A stretch of DNA of 47,462 nucleotides from the IMG/VR virus record IMGVR_UViG_3300020109_000007, positions 1 through 47,462 of that record. One strand, given 5' to 3'. The stretch's first letter is position 1; each line of letters opens with the position of its first letter. Origin of the DNA: a virus (taxonomy: Duplodnaviria > Heunggongvirae > Uroviricota > Caudoviricetes). Of this stretch, positions 16,275 to 27,481 are shown piece after piece. A model generated the notes under the pieces. The model made no database searches and had not been told where the DNA came from. It worked only from the letters and a program-made list of their open reading frames with translations. A program made the position numbers and the translations under genes.

Positions 16275-19200
16275 ATGGCACAACAATTTACTCTACGTGT
16301 CAGAGTTACTGACGGTGGTGATATTGAAGGAATTAGAAAGGCTCTCGCCGGCTTAGGGGCAACTGTGTCTGCCACTGAGCGTAAAACTAGATCTGGCAAT
16401 AAAGCTAATCAAGAGTTCTATGATACTCAGAAGAAGGGTGTTATTGGAACTGCTAACTCTACCAAAAGCTTTTCTAAACTAGCTGAGACCATTGGAGGAA
16501 ACTCCAGTGGTCTTGTTGCTGCGTATGCTACGCTGGCAGCGAACGCCTTCGCAGTTAGTGCTGCATTTAATGCGTTAAGAAGTGCTTCTCAGGTAGAACA
16601 GATCTTCAGAGGTCTAGAAGCTGCGGGTGTACGTGTAGGTAGAAGTCTTACGGGAACTGCACGAGGTCTTAAGGAAGTAACTGGAAGTGCTATTTCTACT
16701 GAGCAGGCAATGCGTTCTACTGCTCAAATTGTTTCTGCAGGATTTAATAATGAGGCAGTAACACGTCTCGGTCAAGCTGCACGTGATACGTCTTTCGCTC
16801 TTGGGCGTAACATGACGGACGCACTAGATCGTCTAACTCGTGGTATCGTTAAGCTAGAACCAGAACTTCTCGACGAACTTGGTATCATGACTAAGCTTAC
16901 TGAGTCTAACACTAATTATGCTCGTGAACTTGGTAAGACCGAAGGCCAGCTAACTAATTTCGAACGACGTCAAGGATTTATGAACGCAGTTCTAGCGGAG
17001 GCCGAACTAAAGTTCGGGGGACTATCTGCGGCTGCAGGAGATTCGACAGCTTATGACAAGTTGGCCGCTAAGGTAAGTGATACTACTAATAGTATACTAA
17101 ACTCTGTAAACCTTCTAGCAAAGCCGATAGCAAACGTCCTTTCAGGCTCTAGTTTATTGCTTGGCGGTGTTGCTCTAAGCTTTGCCGCAAGTTTAAGAAA
17201 CCAGCTGATTCCCGGCCTTGCTAACGCAGCCGCTAACGCGGCTAAGTCAGCTCAAGCGTTTAGAGACACGGCTACCGCTAAGACTAAAGCCATAGAAGCT
17301 ACCAGAAGATTAGCCGCTGCCGAGGCAACGCAAGCCCTAGAGTCTAAGAAGAATTTCGCCTTCGTAGACAGGATGCCAAAGAAGTATAGCGAAGTTGCTG
17401 ATGCTGTACGAAAAGGTACGGCTTCTCTAGAAGAGCAAAGAGCAGCTTTAGTAAGCTTGGAAAAGTCTCATCGTGCTAATCAAGTAATTCTAGATAATAA
17501 CCCGGCTTTTGCTGCAGGAACTGCAAAAGGCAACGCTAAGCTTGCCGAACAGCAGAAGATTCAGCAAGAGATTCAGGCTATAAAAGAGCTTCAGGCTGCT
17601 AGAGTACAAGCAGATAATACAGACATAGCAAACAGTGCTCGTGTAGTAGCTGCACGTAGAGAAGCAAAGATAGCATCAAGAGAAGCCCTCGCGCAGCAGG
17701 CATCAGCGGCATCTATAGGTGCTGCTTCACAGCTGCAGCTAGCCGAAGCATGGAAGCAGCTAAGCTTAAGTGTTAGAGCATATGCGTCTGCACAAGCCCT
17801 AGCTGCTACGGACGGTATTTCTCTACTTGGCCGGTTAAGAATAGCTGCATTTGCGGCTTCTGCTGCTGTAAAGACGATTGGTGTGGCTTTTCTTACCGCA
17901 CTACCTTATATCGGTCTAGCAGTGACAGCTGTAGGACTAATTTCGAGCGCTATAGACTCATTGAAGAGTGATAGAATTAAGGCTGTTGAAAAAGCTACTG
18001 AGGATCTCGGAGAAGCTACAAGCAATACGGCTAAGTATATAGCAGAATTAGAGAGAATCAATAACTCCACTGCCGCTTCACATCTTAGAGCAGCACAGTC
18101 TATAACTGTGCAGTCTAATGCAATCGCTGAAATTACCGATAAGTTTGAGGACTTAATTGTAGCGTCTCGTCTAGCCGATAAGGCTGTAAATGAGAGCGCT
18201 GGTGAGTCCTGGGCGAAAGCTTTCAGACGTAATTTTACGGCTCAAGGAAATGCCGCTAATAATCTAGGATTAGATGTAGATTCTAGAGCAATTAAAGCTG
18301 CCCAAGGTATCGCTTCTATCTGGGGCGACATGAACGACGACCCTGTAGCTTCCGGAGCCGTAAAGACTTTAGATAGCCTTATAAGACTAGCCCCTGAAGC
18401 CACTGAAAGAGTAGTAGCTCTGCATGGGGGATGGCGTGCACTAGAGGCAGAGGGCGATAAGGTAAAGTTCGCAAAAAAGGTACGAGATATTTCTCGTGAA
18501 GTGAACTCTACTTATCAGTCTGCTTCCCAAAACGTAACTGATCTGCAAGAGAGTTTCAAAGCTTTAGATAACAGCATTTCGGACTTTATGGTATCGAGCA
18601 ACATTAGTACTCCGTTTGACCAAATGGTTAAGGGGTTCGACGCTGTCTCAGACTCTATCGCTAGATTCAGTATAGCGAGTAGCTCTGGTAATTTTGATGG
18701 CAACTGGCAAGACATGCTGCAAGGTATGGGTGAGAGCGTTAATCGTTTCTTGACTGTAACCACAAAGCAGCGACTAGATATGCTACGGGGTGCGGATCAA
18801 GAGCTTCAAAAACTAAAGCAAAATAAAGAAGTTAATGCTCAAAGAATACAGCAGCAACAAGAACTAGTAGCTTTGTACAGAGATCAGTTCTTGTCGGCTG
18901 CTCAATCAGAACTAACTATTGCTCAAGATAGGCTAATAATCGCACAAAGAGACAATAGAGAGATGGCCTCAAGGCTAAATCTACTAGCTGCAATTGTAGA
19001 GTCCAACAAGAGAATTTACGAGGTTGCAGGCTCTGGACTTAAGGCTCGTCTTGCTCGCGAGAAAGAAATTAGAGACCTTCAAAAGGCTCAGATTTCTAAT
19101 CAAATGGCTATTCAGAGAGGCATGCTAGCAACTGCTGAAGCCAGATTACAAGAACTCTACGCTGCGGTACAAGTAACAAAGCAGCTAGACCTGCAGCTAG

Positions 19201-22200
19201 TTCGTCAAAGAGAATTGAGCCAAGAACAAAGAAAGGCAGAACTTTCTCGACGAGGCATTAATAATCCAGAGAATCTCACTCGGGGAGCTTATTTGGCAGC
19301 TCGTCCAGGAGATACTGCAACAGCAGATCTTATTGCTGCTTATAACGCCGAGGCGCGACTCAATTTAAGAGAGCGTCTGGCAGAAGCAGAAGAAAATAGA
19401 CGGGCATACAAGGCTCAAGAAGCATTAGTAAGAGATCAGAGATCAAGTCTTCAGGCTCAAGCAAATGCTCTAGCAGCTCTATCCGCTCAAGACTTAACTC
19501 GTGAGCAAGAAAGAGCTCTTATTGAACAGAATAGAATTCAATTCAATAATACTCTTTATGACACTCTAGGGAAACAGAGGCAAACTCTAATTGATACTGC
19601 CAATATCTATCGAGATATTGAGGATATTAATGGAGGTATCTCGGACACCTTAAGCTTTCAGTTGAGAGCTATCCAAAGAACTTCAGCAGCAGAGCGAGAA
19701 GCCCTAGAAACAGGGCAGAGATCTCAGCTAGCGGCTCTACAGGCAGCTAGAAGAGTTGCAGAAGCAGATGCTAATAAACCCAACACAAATAACTTAGAAC
19801 GTCAAGCAGCACGAGACGCTCTAACAGATCTAGATTCGCAGATCAGACTAACTCAACAGCAATATGATATTGATTTAGGCAGAGTAAATGCACAAGAAAG
19901 GCTGAATATTGCTCAAAAGGTTTCTTTTGACGCAAGAAGAGAAGGTTTGTCTTGGCAACAAGAATCTTTCAGCCTACTTCAGAGAGAGCTGGAGACCCAG
20001 AGAGAAATTTCGGACCAGCTCACGAGAGGCAACGAGTTACTAGCGCGTCAGAGAGTTCTACGCAGAGGTGTAGACCTAACGGATCGAGGTCAGCAAGCTC
20101 AAGAAATTGCTACCGCCAGGGAAGCATATAAGCTAGCCATTCAAGAAAGTTCTGTAAGAAAGGCAATGATTGACTTAGAGTATGCGCTACTGGATGCTCA
20201 AAGAAGCCAACTTGCAGAAGATCTTAGAGCCAGAAGAGACTTCATCAGTGAAGCCGATCCTAGATACGCGCAGCTAACCTCTACTATCGAGAGATTGGAG
20301 AGTATAAATGTTGAGAGAATAGCAGCCTCGGCAAAAAGGGCTGTAGATCTATCAATAGAGAACGCGCAGAGAGAACTACAGACTGCTATGGGTACTCGTA
20401 CTCGTGGCGGTGTGTTTGCCGGCATGATAGCAGCTGTAGAAGACATGAGAGAGCTTCAGAGACAGAGACAGGCAGCTATGGAGCCAGTTCAGGCTGCTCG
20501 AGAGCAGTCTGTTGTTATTGCGAACAATATAGCTACTAGAACTGCAACTGAAATCTCTTCCCAAGCTACTACCCCTCTAATCCAGTCTAACAATGGTCTT
20601 ATAACTGCCATTCAAGAATGGATGAACAGAATAGAGACGCTCAACAGAGTGCCGCAAACAAGCGTAGATTCTACGCTAACTGGCGGAGGCCGTGGAAGAC
20701 AGGCAGCAGACTTCTTCATGAGAAGACTTGGTCTCACAGCAAATCAAGCTGCAGGACTTGCTGGTAATCTTCAAGTAGAGTCTGGATTCAATCCTAGAGC
20801 TATTGGAGATGGTGGGAAGGCTCATGGTATTGCTCAGTGGCACCCCGATAGGCAGGCTAACTTCCGTCGAGAGATGGGTAAGGAAGTTCTTCAGGCTACG
20901 TTTGACGAACAGCTTGAATTCATCGCCAGAGAAATGGAGAAGTATGAAACTCGTGCTCTCCAAATGCTGCGGGCCTCTACTTCTACGAGAGAATCTGCAC
21001 TAGCTGTAAGTCGATATTATGAGCGTCCTAACATAAGATTTGCTCATAACGATCGCCGTGTAGCAAGTGCCGAAAGCCTAGTCGGTTCTGCGGCACACGC
21101 TGCTCCTGTAGCTCCTGTTCCTTCAGAAGTTCCAGAAAGTATAGAAGAGATCGTAATTGTTGCTAAGAGAGCCGAAGATACCATAGCTCAACTAGCTATT
21201 AGTCTAGATAGGCTAGAAGTACCTAAGATTAACTTGGGCGCTGCTAATAGGGACAGAACGCAGGTAATTAAGGACAGCTTGGTTACTCTAGATGATTTAA
21301 CTGCTCATACTGTTGAGGCTCTAAATCAACTAGGTCCTGATGGTGAGATGGTTACTGCAGTTTATCAGGGTATGAGCCAAATGACTTCAAATGTCATCTT
21401 TGCCCTAGAATCTGTACGCGAAGTAGGCTTCAGCACTGCTCAAGACTTTGGTACCTCTTTTGCTGCAATTGCCTCCGTAGTGTCAGGTGCTCTTTCTACG
21501 ATTCAGGCCGCAACAAGTGCGTCTGCTAGAGCCAAGGAAGAGGCCATCGACCGAGAAATAGCAGCAGAGCAAAAGAGAGATGGTAAGAGTGCAGAGAGCC
21601 TAGCTAAGATTCAGGCTATGGAAAAGCGAAAAGATCAAGTAGCAAAGAAGCAGTTTGAAACAAATAAGAAGATGATGATGGCTCAGGCTGTCATCGGAAC
21701 TGCTACTGGTGTTGCTTTGGCTCTTGGGTCTGGACCGTTTCCTGCTAACGTAATTATGGCTGGTATCATCGGAGCCATGGGCGCCGCACAGCTAGCCATT
21801 ATTTCAGGTACTCAGTATCAGTCGGCAATCGCTAACAGTGCTTCAGCAGAACCACCTTCTACAGTTAGTATCGGCAAGAGAGGCGATAGCGTCGATCTAG
21901 CACGACAAAATACTAACGTAGGAGGAGAACTGGGATATCTTAGAGGCTCTCAAGGGTATGGAAACAATGCTTCCAATTATTCTGTAATTGGATCCGCTTA
22001 TGGAGGAGATGTTCCAAGAGGTTATGGGCCCGCTCGATTCATGTTCGGAGAGAAGGGACCAGAACCTGCAGTGCCTAAGGTACCGCTAACGGTCACTCCT
22101 GCGGATAAGGCTTCGGAAGCTAAGCAGATAAACGCAACCTTCCAAATCTCTACGCTAGATTCTTCTGGAGTAGAGGATATTCTTCTAAACCAGAGAGGTA

Positions 22201-22310
22201 ACATAATCTCCATGCTTAGAGAAGCTGCAAATGCTAATGGTGCTACCTTTATGGAGGACGTAAACACCGCTAACTACAGCAGACCTAACAGTACAGGATC
22301 GAAACTATAA
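16275..22310 (+). CDS. Tape measure protein with an embedded tail-lysozyme-like domain
   Basis: 2011 aa Ala/Gln/Leu-rich helical protein; N-terminal T5 pb2-like GLVAAYATLAANAFAVSAAF and LDELGI; AGLAGNLQVESGFNP..GIAQW insert; hydrophobic segments near the C-terminus. Confidence 0.93.
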   Translation: MAQQFTLRVRVTDGGDIEGIRKALAGLGATVSATERKTRSGNKANQEFYDTQKKGVIGTANSTKSFSKLAETIGGNSSGLVAAYATLAANAFAVSAAFNALRSASQVEQIFRGLEAAGVRVGRSLTGTARGLKEVTGSAISTEQAMRSTAQIVSAGFNNEAVTRLGQAARDTSFALGRNMTDALDRLTRGIVKLEPELLDELGIMTKLTESNTNYARELGKTEGQLTNFERRQGFMNAVLAEAELKFGGLSAAAGDSTAYDKLAAKVSDTTNSILNSVNLLAKPIANVLSGSSLLLGGVALSFAASLRNQLIPGLANAAANAAKSAQAFRDTATAKTKAIEATRRLAAAEATQALESKKNFAFVDRMPKKYSEVADAVRKGTASLEEQRAALVSLEKSHRANQVILDNNPAFAAGTAKGNAKLAEQQKIQQEIQAIKELQAARVQADNTDIANSARVVAARREAKIASREALAQQASAASIGAASQLQLAEAWKQLSLSVRAYASAQALAATDGISLLGRLRIAAFAASAAVKTIGVAFLTALPYIGLAVTAVGLISSAIDSLKSDRIKAVEKATEDLGEATSNTAKYIAELERINNSTAASHLRAAQSITVQSNAIAEITDKFEDLIVASRLADKAVNESAGESWAKAFRRNFTAQGNAANNLGLDVDSRAIKAAQGIASIWGDMNDDPVASGAVKTLDSLIRLAPEATERVVALHGGWRALEAEGDKVKFAKKVRDISREVNSTYQSASQNVTDLQESFKALDNSISDFMVSSNISTPFDQMVKGFDAVSDSIARFSIASSSGNFDGNWQDMLQGMGESVNRFLTVTTKQRLDMLRGADQELQKLKQNKEVNAQRIQQQQELVALYRDQFLSAAQSELTIAQDRLIIAQRDNREMASRLNLLAAIVESNKRIYEVAGSGLKARLAREKEIRDLQKAQISNQMAIQRGMLATAEARLQELYAAVQVTKQLDLQLVRQRELSQEQRKAELSRRGINNPENLTRGAYLAARPGDTATADLIAAYNAEARLNLRERLAEAEENRRAYKAQEALVRDQRSSLQAQANALAALSAQDLTREQERALIEQNRIQFNNTLYDTLGKQRQTLIDTANIYRDIEDINGGISDTLSFQLRAIQRTSAAEREALETGQRSQLAALQAARRVAEADANKPNTNNLERQAARDALTDLDSQIRLTQQQYDIDLGRVNAQERLNIAQKVSFDARREGLSWQQESFSLLQRELETQREISDQLTRGNELLARQRVLRRGVDLTDRGQQAQEIATAREAYKLAIQESSVRKAMIDLEYALLDAQRSQLAEDLRARRDFISEADPRYAQLTSTIERLESINVERIAASAKRAVDLSIENAQRELQTAMGTRTRGGVFAGMIAAVEDMRELQRQRQAAMEPVQAAREQSVVIANNIATRTATEISSQATTPLIQSNNGLITAIQEWMNRIETLNRVPQTSVDSTLTGGGRGRQAADFFMRRLGLTANQAAGLAGNLQVESGFNPRAIGDGGKAHGIAQWHPDRQANFRREMGKEVLQATFDEQLEFIAREMEKYETRALQMLRASTSTRESALAVSRYYERPNIRFAHNDRRVASAESLVGSAAHAAPVAPVPSEVPESIEEIVIVAKRAEDTIAQLAISLDRLEVPKINLGAANRDRTQVIKDSLVTLDDLTAHTVEALNQLGPDGEMVTAVYQGMSQMTSNVIFALESVREVGFSTAQDFGTSFAAIASVVSGALSTIQAATSASARAKEEAIDREIAAEQKRDGKSAESLAKIQAMEKRKDQVAKKQFETNKKMMMAQAVIGTATGVALALGSGPFPANVIMAGIIGAMGAAQLAIISGTQYQSAIANSASAEPPSTVSIGKRGDSVDLARQNTNVGGELGYLRGSQGYGNNASNYSVIGSAYGGDVPRGYGPARFMFGEKGPEPAVPKVPLTVTPADKASEAKQINATFQISTLDSSGVEDILLNQRGNIISMLREAANANGATFMEDVNTANYSRPNSTGSKL

Positions 22311-23056
22311 TGGCAGTATTTAATCAGTTTTCCAATATATTACCAGATCCTAATTTTCCTATAGGCGAGGCGGGAGATCAGACAGCGTCTGGTCTCCCAG
22401 GACCGGGCTTCAAAGCCGTTAACTTTAAGTCTGTAGAATCTACTCAAACCTCCAGAACTAATAGTGGTAGAGGTATTTCTGCAGATCAAGGCTTACAGTA
22501 CTGGGAGTTCGGTATCTCATACAATCCTTTACTCCGAGATCAGTTTGATCCAGTGGATACTTTTCTACTGGAAAGGGGTAAAAGAAAAGTCTTCTATGTA
22601 GCTCTTCCGCAATACTCTCGACCTAAAAGCCCTGCTTTTGCAGTTAGTGTAGCTAATCAAGAGCTAACGGTTTATGGTGAGGATTTCGAAGGCTCTATAG
22701 AGTCAGGAAGATCTAGTCTATATATGACAGGCTCGGGAAGCTTTACAGGAACTAATACTCCGAAGCCGGGCGACATGTTCTCCTTAGAGGACTCCGAAGA
22801 TTTTAATCACCAAAAAGTCTACAAAGTAACTAGAGTAGAGACTAGTGTAACGTACCAAGCGGGAACAGTGAGACCTGCAACTAATGAAGTTAGAGTACAC
22901 TTTTTCCCTCCGCTGCAAAGAACTACAACACAAGGCTCCATAATTAATTTTAACCCGAAGTTTAGAGTCCGTCGAACGTCAGATGTACATGAACATTCTA
23001 TTGACGAAGATGGGCGAATTAGCTTCAGTCTACAATGCGAAGAAATTCAAGCCTAA
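22310..23056 (+). CDS. Distal tail protein (T5 pb9-like)
   Basis: LPDPNFPIG..GPGF, YWEFGISYNPL, VYVALPQY-like segment, HQKVYKVTRVET; directly after the tape measure. Confidence 0.8.
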   Translation: MAVFNQFSNILPDPNFPIGEAGDQTASGLPGPGFKAVNFKSVESTQTSRTNSGRGISADQGLQYWEFGISYNPLLRDQFDPVDTFLLERGKRKVFYVALPQYSRPKSPAFAVSVANQELTVYGEDFEGSIESGRSSLYMTGSGSFTGTNTPKPGDMFSLEDSEDFNHQKVYKVTRVETSVTYQAGTVRPATNEVRVHFFPPLQRTTTQGSIINFNPKFRVRRTSDVHEHSIDEDGRISFSLQCEEIQA

Positions 23057-23069
23057 ATAAAATTTTAGC

Positions 23070-23099
23070 TTGACTTTTTGGTACGGTAGTTGCTATACT
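23070..23099 (+). promoter_or_regulatory. Sigma70-type promoter (18-nt spacer, extended -10)
   Basis: AAAATTTTAGC-TTGACT-18 nt ending TGC-TATACT; ATG 9 nt downstream. Confidence 0.7.
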
Positions 23100-23107
23100 T
23101 AGGTCCA

Positions 23108-26100
23108 ATGATGCAAGAACGTAATATTCATCCCGAGGTTAAAGATCTGCTACTTAGCGGAGAAGAGTTTCAGTATGCCCACCTGGTGAAGTTCGAAAGA
23201 CCTTCTAGAGCTGGGGGCACTGATCCTCAGCGCTATACTTACATAACTGATGCTTCTAGAGAAGTCACCTTTGATGACGCAAGCAAGGACTCTTCTGGAA
23301 ACTTTAATGGGCCTAAAGTTTATGTTGCTAACAAGGTTCTCAAAGTCTCGGCCGTATCTGAAGATGTAGTAGCAAAAGCTAGTTCCTACTCGCTCGTCCT
23401 AGACGGCAATGGATTAGGGGCATATGCTAAGTCTTCTAACGCATCAATAGAGCAGGTAGACGAGATAACTTGGGACATTAGAGTTCCGGGGGTAGATTTA
23501 GTCGAGGCTGGCTTTAGAGAAAACGATAAGATAGCCTTATCAGGAAGTGTTGAGGCTACAGTAAATATTTATAGATTTAGAGCCGCAGATAAGATCAGAG
23601 TGAGACGAATAGACGATGATTTAGTCGTCTCCCCTAGACTGAACTTGGAATTAGCTCTTGCGTCCGAAGAAGTAGTAAGCATACTTCTTGATAAAAATGA
23701 CGACAACTATGCTTCTTTCGTAAATAGAGAAGTCTTCATCTACAAAGCGTATTTTCAAGAAGGTAGGTTGGTTGGAGAACCCTTTCTCTTATTTAAGGGT
23801 ATTATCTCCGGCGTAGGTTTCGATGATGACGATACAGCTTTAACAGTAACATGGAATCTTACTAGTCATTGGGGCGACTTCTCTCAAGTAAAGGGTAGAA
23901 TAACTTCGGATGACTTTCATAGAGCTTTAGACCAGAACGGAGTACCTCAACCTCGGTCAGCTTTGAAAGTATCATACGCTTATGATAAGGGATTTTCTCA
24001 TTCTGAGACGTCAGTTAATCTTCTAGCTAAGTACTCGGTGCAGGTAGAGAAGCAAGACGTTAAAGTAAAGAAAGGATTCCTAGGCATTGGAACCAAGGTT
24101 AAAGTAAGAAAATACTTAGCCACTGAAGAAAGAAGTACAGAACTGGACTTCCAACTTCAGTCGAAGAGTATCCCAGTTATTTATGGCGTAAGAAATACAT
24201 TAGGTACGCCTATATTTGCAGATACACTCAATAATGATAGCTCCACTGTATATGTAGTATATGCTCTAAGTGAAGGTGAGATTGCGGGACTGTATGATGC
24301 TATTATTGATGGTAACTCACTGATCTGCAGCAATAAGGCTGACTTCGATGCTCGCAGTACTCAAACAGATGAAGATACAGTTAATCTAATCTGTAGAGGT
24401 AGAGCAGATAGAGGAGACGTACTAGGAGGTACTGTATCTACAGCACCTAATACTAAAGTTCCTTTTTATGATTTCTACTACAGCAACAGAACTGAAGTGG
24501 TTAGAGCAGGACTTCTTCGTTATGACCTTAACCAAATTCAAAACTATCAGCCATATGTGGAACCCGCAGTAACTACTGTAAACAATTCCGGCGCAGGTGT
24601 GGTTGACGGAGAGAGTATTGCTTTAACATCGCCACAAAACATTGTAATCGACTTCTTCTCGGGAAAACCGGGGCAGAAAGCGGCTTCATCTCTTGTGTCC
24701 ATTGCTAAGAGTAATGGCTTTAAGATTCAAAATGACTACTGGAATGGTAAGGATACTGCAGATTATTGGGGACCTAACCATCGTCTAATGGATACTGCGT
24801 ACGTAGTAGTTAAGTACAAGGTGGAAGAAGGTGAGACCACTATTCCATCGTTAGAGTTTATTGTTCGAGGCAAGCTAATTGACTGCTTTAACTACGATAA
24901 AAGCTACTCTCACTATCCAAAAGCAGTAGGAGAATCCTCAGAAGACTTCCAGTTAGGCGACTTCGTCACCCTCCAACGAGACGACGGTTCTGTACTCTTG
25001 AACTCTGTTCAAATTATAGACAAATGGACATTTAGTAATAAAGACAAGACTCTAAACACACGGTTTAGATTTAGTATAGACCCTCCTTTGGGTTACGTAA
25101 ATGGAGTTCCTACTCTAACTAAGTTTAGAATGGTAAAAGATTCTAAGACTTGGACCATGTTTACGTATAATCATAAAGAGGCAGAAGGATCAAATTCGAT
25201 CGAATGGCTTACACCTATTACTAGTGTAAGTAACTCAAATGGCTTTGTGCAATTTAATTTTGCTCCAAATCCTGCACTTACTATAGGAGGCGACCCGGCA
25301 GAAGACTCCAGCGTATTTTCAGTAGTAGAGGCAGATGGTAGTCCTGTAACTGATCCATACTTTGAATCAGCTGTACTAGTAGGTAGTATAACTAGCTCTA
25401 CTTTAACTACAAATTATTCGTGGCAACTGGCAGGCAGCAACGCTTCTAGTCTTGTAGGTAAGTACTTAGTCAGACGTAATGTAATTACGCTTCCCACTAC
25501 TGCTTCTACAGCGGATGGATTCTATAACAACTACGATATTACGCTGACTAGGATTGACCCGGTAAGAGGCACAAAGACTTCCCAGACTAAGAGAGTAATT
25601 TCGTACAATGGAGCGAGCAGAGTTGCAACCATTGATGAGCTCTGGGACTATGGTCTCCATCCTAAAAATGGAGATGAAATTAGTCTTACTCCTGCATATG
25701 CAGATAGCAGAGTCTCTATAAATCCAGCTATGCAGCTAATGAACTATATCTGCTCTACGACTTATGGTAGAGGTTTAGATCCTCATGAAGATCTAAACCT
25801 TAGTACATGGCTAGAGTCTGCGCGTACGTGCGATCAACAATCAAATGTTACAGTTCAATTAGCTAGTGACTCTTCTGTTACTGAGGGAGACGTATATCGT
25901 TATCCCGCTGAAGGACGACTGCTCTGGCAGGGCAGCGTTGTAGGTAGTGAGGGCGGCTTCGTAGAGTTTACTAATGTCTTAGGTAAGCTTACCAACAAAT
26001 GGAATAGCTGGAAGTCTTACAAGTTAGGAGAACTAGTATACTCGGATAATAGCTTATACCGAGTCGTAACTGCTGGTGTTAAGGCGAATAAGCCTATTCA

Positions 26101-27481
26101 CGTATCTGGTACAGTAGAAGGATTAGAAAGAGTAACCAGTCTTCAACTGTCTAGAACTGGTTCTACTCCTGCGGTGTTGTCTCTCGTTACTGACGGTAAT
26201 CCGGTAAGAGCAATGAAGGATGGCACTATAATTCCTGGCTATTCTCTTTATGATTGTGATGGTGTAGATTATTGGAGATACCTAGGATGGGATGAATTTA
26301 GCCAACGCTATGTTACCAAGCACCAAACGAATATAGGTATTGATACCTCTCTGCCTCTATTCGATAACGTTAATAGCTTCCTTGAGCATTTTGGCGGTGT
26401 GCTTAGATACACTAACGGTAAGTATGATCTAGAAGTTGAAGAGCCCGTAGGGCTTATAGAAAGGACGGAAGAAGAGGTATACAATGTTACCTCAGATCAT
26501 ATAATAGGTAAAATTCGCATAACTGACGAAGGGGTCAGGTCTTCTTTTAATGCCCTAACGGCGGCGTACGCTGATCCTGCGAATAAGTTCGAATCTCGTA
26601 ATATCAGCTTCTTTAACTCTGTTTATCAAAAGATAGACAAGGGTGTTCAAAAGAAGGGTAACTTAACTGTTCCAGGCATTACTAACTATTACAATACTCG
26701 ACTCTTAGCTGATAAATATCTAAATAAATCTCGCTATGGGTTAACTATTAGCTTCAACATGGCCCCTCGCGGTGCCTTAATGTTGGCAGGTAGAGTATTT
26801 CAGCTTCAGAACGAACGCTATGGATGGCTTGATAAGAAGTTTAGAATTACTACTTTAACTCATCAGGTAGATTCTTCCGTAGATATTGTAGCAGAAGAGT
26901 ATGATGATAGCTTCTACGGACTCAGCAATATAAGTAAGCAAGCAGCCTCCGGGTTAGCTTCTAATCTAGGAGCTGTAACGCCTATTGGGTCTCCTACTAA
27001 TCTAACTGCTACTAGTCAAGATGCGGGAACCGAGACTACCTCAGCAGTAGAAGTGCGTTGGGAGAATAATCCACAAGCTAACACTCGAAACATGTCTACA
27101 GAACTATACAGCTCTTACTCACCTTACCTATACGTTAAGGCGGTATCTATTAGCGGAAATACTATAACTACTAGTGAGCCACATGGCTTAAGAGTGGGGG
27201 AGCTAATAACCTCCAGTAGTACATCTAATGGTTTAGTAGCTAATAGGGCTTACTATATAAAAGAGATAACGTCAGATAACTCTTTTACTGTGAGTGACAG
27301 TAAGGATGGGCCGATAAAGGGCTTGTCCGATGGTACTTCTCTAGAAGTATATATGTTAACAGCGAATCTTATTGCAACAATATCTATCCCTACTAACACC
27401 TATGTAGATGTGTTTGGTGGAATAGACAGCAGAGTAGTAAAGTACTACTGGGTAAGACATAAGGTAATTCAAGCACAATGA
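23108..27481 (+). CDS. Baseplate hub / tail-tip protein (T5 pb3-like) with extra domains
   Basis: FQYAHLVKFERP, NREVFIYKAY, WNLTSHWGDF, IPVIYGVR, SINPAMQLMNY..YGRGL, DPANKFESRNISF; FN3-like C-terminus. Confidence 0.85.
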   Translation: MMQERNIHPEVKDLLLSGEEFQYAHLVKFERPSRAGGTDPQRYTYITDASREVTFDDASKDSSGNFNGPKVYVANKVLKVSAVSEDVVAKASSYSLVLDGNGLGAYAKSSNASIEQVDEITWDIRVPGVDLVEAGFRENDKIALSGSVEATVNIYRFRAADKIRVRRIDDDLVVSPRLNLELALASEEVVSILLDKNDDNYASFVNREVFIYKAYFQEGRLVGEPFLLFKGIISGVGFDDDDTALTVTWNLTSHWGDFSQVKGRITSDDFHRALDQNGVPQPRSALKVSYAYDKGFSHSETSVNLLAKYSVQVEKQDVKVKKGFLGIGTKVKVRKYLATEERSTELDFQLQSKSIPVIYGVRNTLGTPIFADTLNNDSSTVYVVYALSEGEIAGLYDAIIDGNSLICSNKADFDARSTQTDEDTVNLICRGRADRGDVLGGTVSTAPNTKVPFYDFYYSNRTEVVRAGLLRYDLNQIQNYQPYVEPAVTTVNNSGAGVVDGESIALTSPQNIVIDFFSGKPGQKAASSLVSIAKSNGFKIQNDYWNGKDTADYWGPNHRLMDTAYVVVKYKVEEGETTIPSLEFIVRGKLIDCFNYDKSYSHYPKAVGESSEDFQLGDFVTLQRDDGSVLLNSVQIIDKWTFSNKDKTLNTRFRFSIDPPLGYVNGVPTLTKFRMVKDSKTWTMFTYNHKEAEGSNSIEWLTPITSVSNSNGFVQFNFAPNPALTIGGDPAEDSSVFSVVEADGSPVTDPYFESAVLVGSITSSTLTTNYSWQLAGSNASSLVGKYLVRRNVITLPTTASTADGFYNNYDITLTRIDPVRGTKTSQTKRVISYNGASRVATIDELWDYGLHPKNGDEISLTPAYADSRVSINPAMQLMNYICSTTYGRGLDPHEDLNLSTWLESARTCDQQSNVTVQLASDSSVTEGDVYRYPAEGRLLWQGSVVGSEGGFVEFTNVLGKLTNKWNSWKSYKLGELVYSDNSLYRVVTAGVKANKPIHVSGTVEGLERVTSLQLSRTGSTPAVLSLVTDGNPVRAMKDGTIIPGYSLYDCDGVDYWRYLGWDEFSQRYVTKHQTNIGIDTSLPLFDNVNSFLEHFGGVLRYTNGKYDLEVEEPVGLIERTEEEVYNVTSDHIIGKIRITDEGVRSSFNALTAAYADPANKFESRNISFFNSVYQKIDKGVQKKGNLTVPGITNYYNTRLLADKYLNKSRYGLTISFNMAPRGALMLAGRVFQLQNERYGWLDKKFRITTLTHQVDSSVDIVAEEYDDSFYGLSNISKQAASGLASNLGAVTPIGSPTNLTATSQDAGTETTSAVEVRWENNPQANTRNMSTELYSSYSPYLYVKAVSISGNTITTSEPHGLRVGELITSSSTSNGLVANRAYYIKEITSDNSFTVSDSKDGPIKGLSDGTSLEVYMLTANLIATISIPTNTYVDVFGGIDSRVVKYYWVRHKVIQAQ

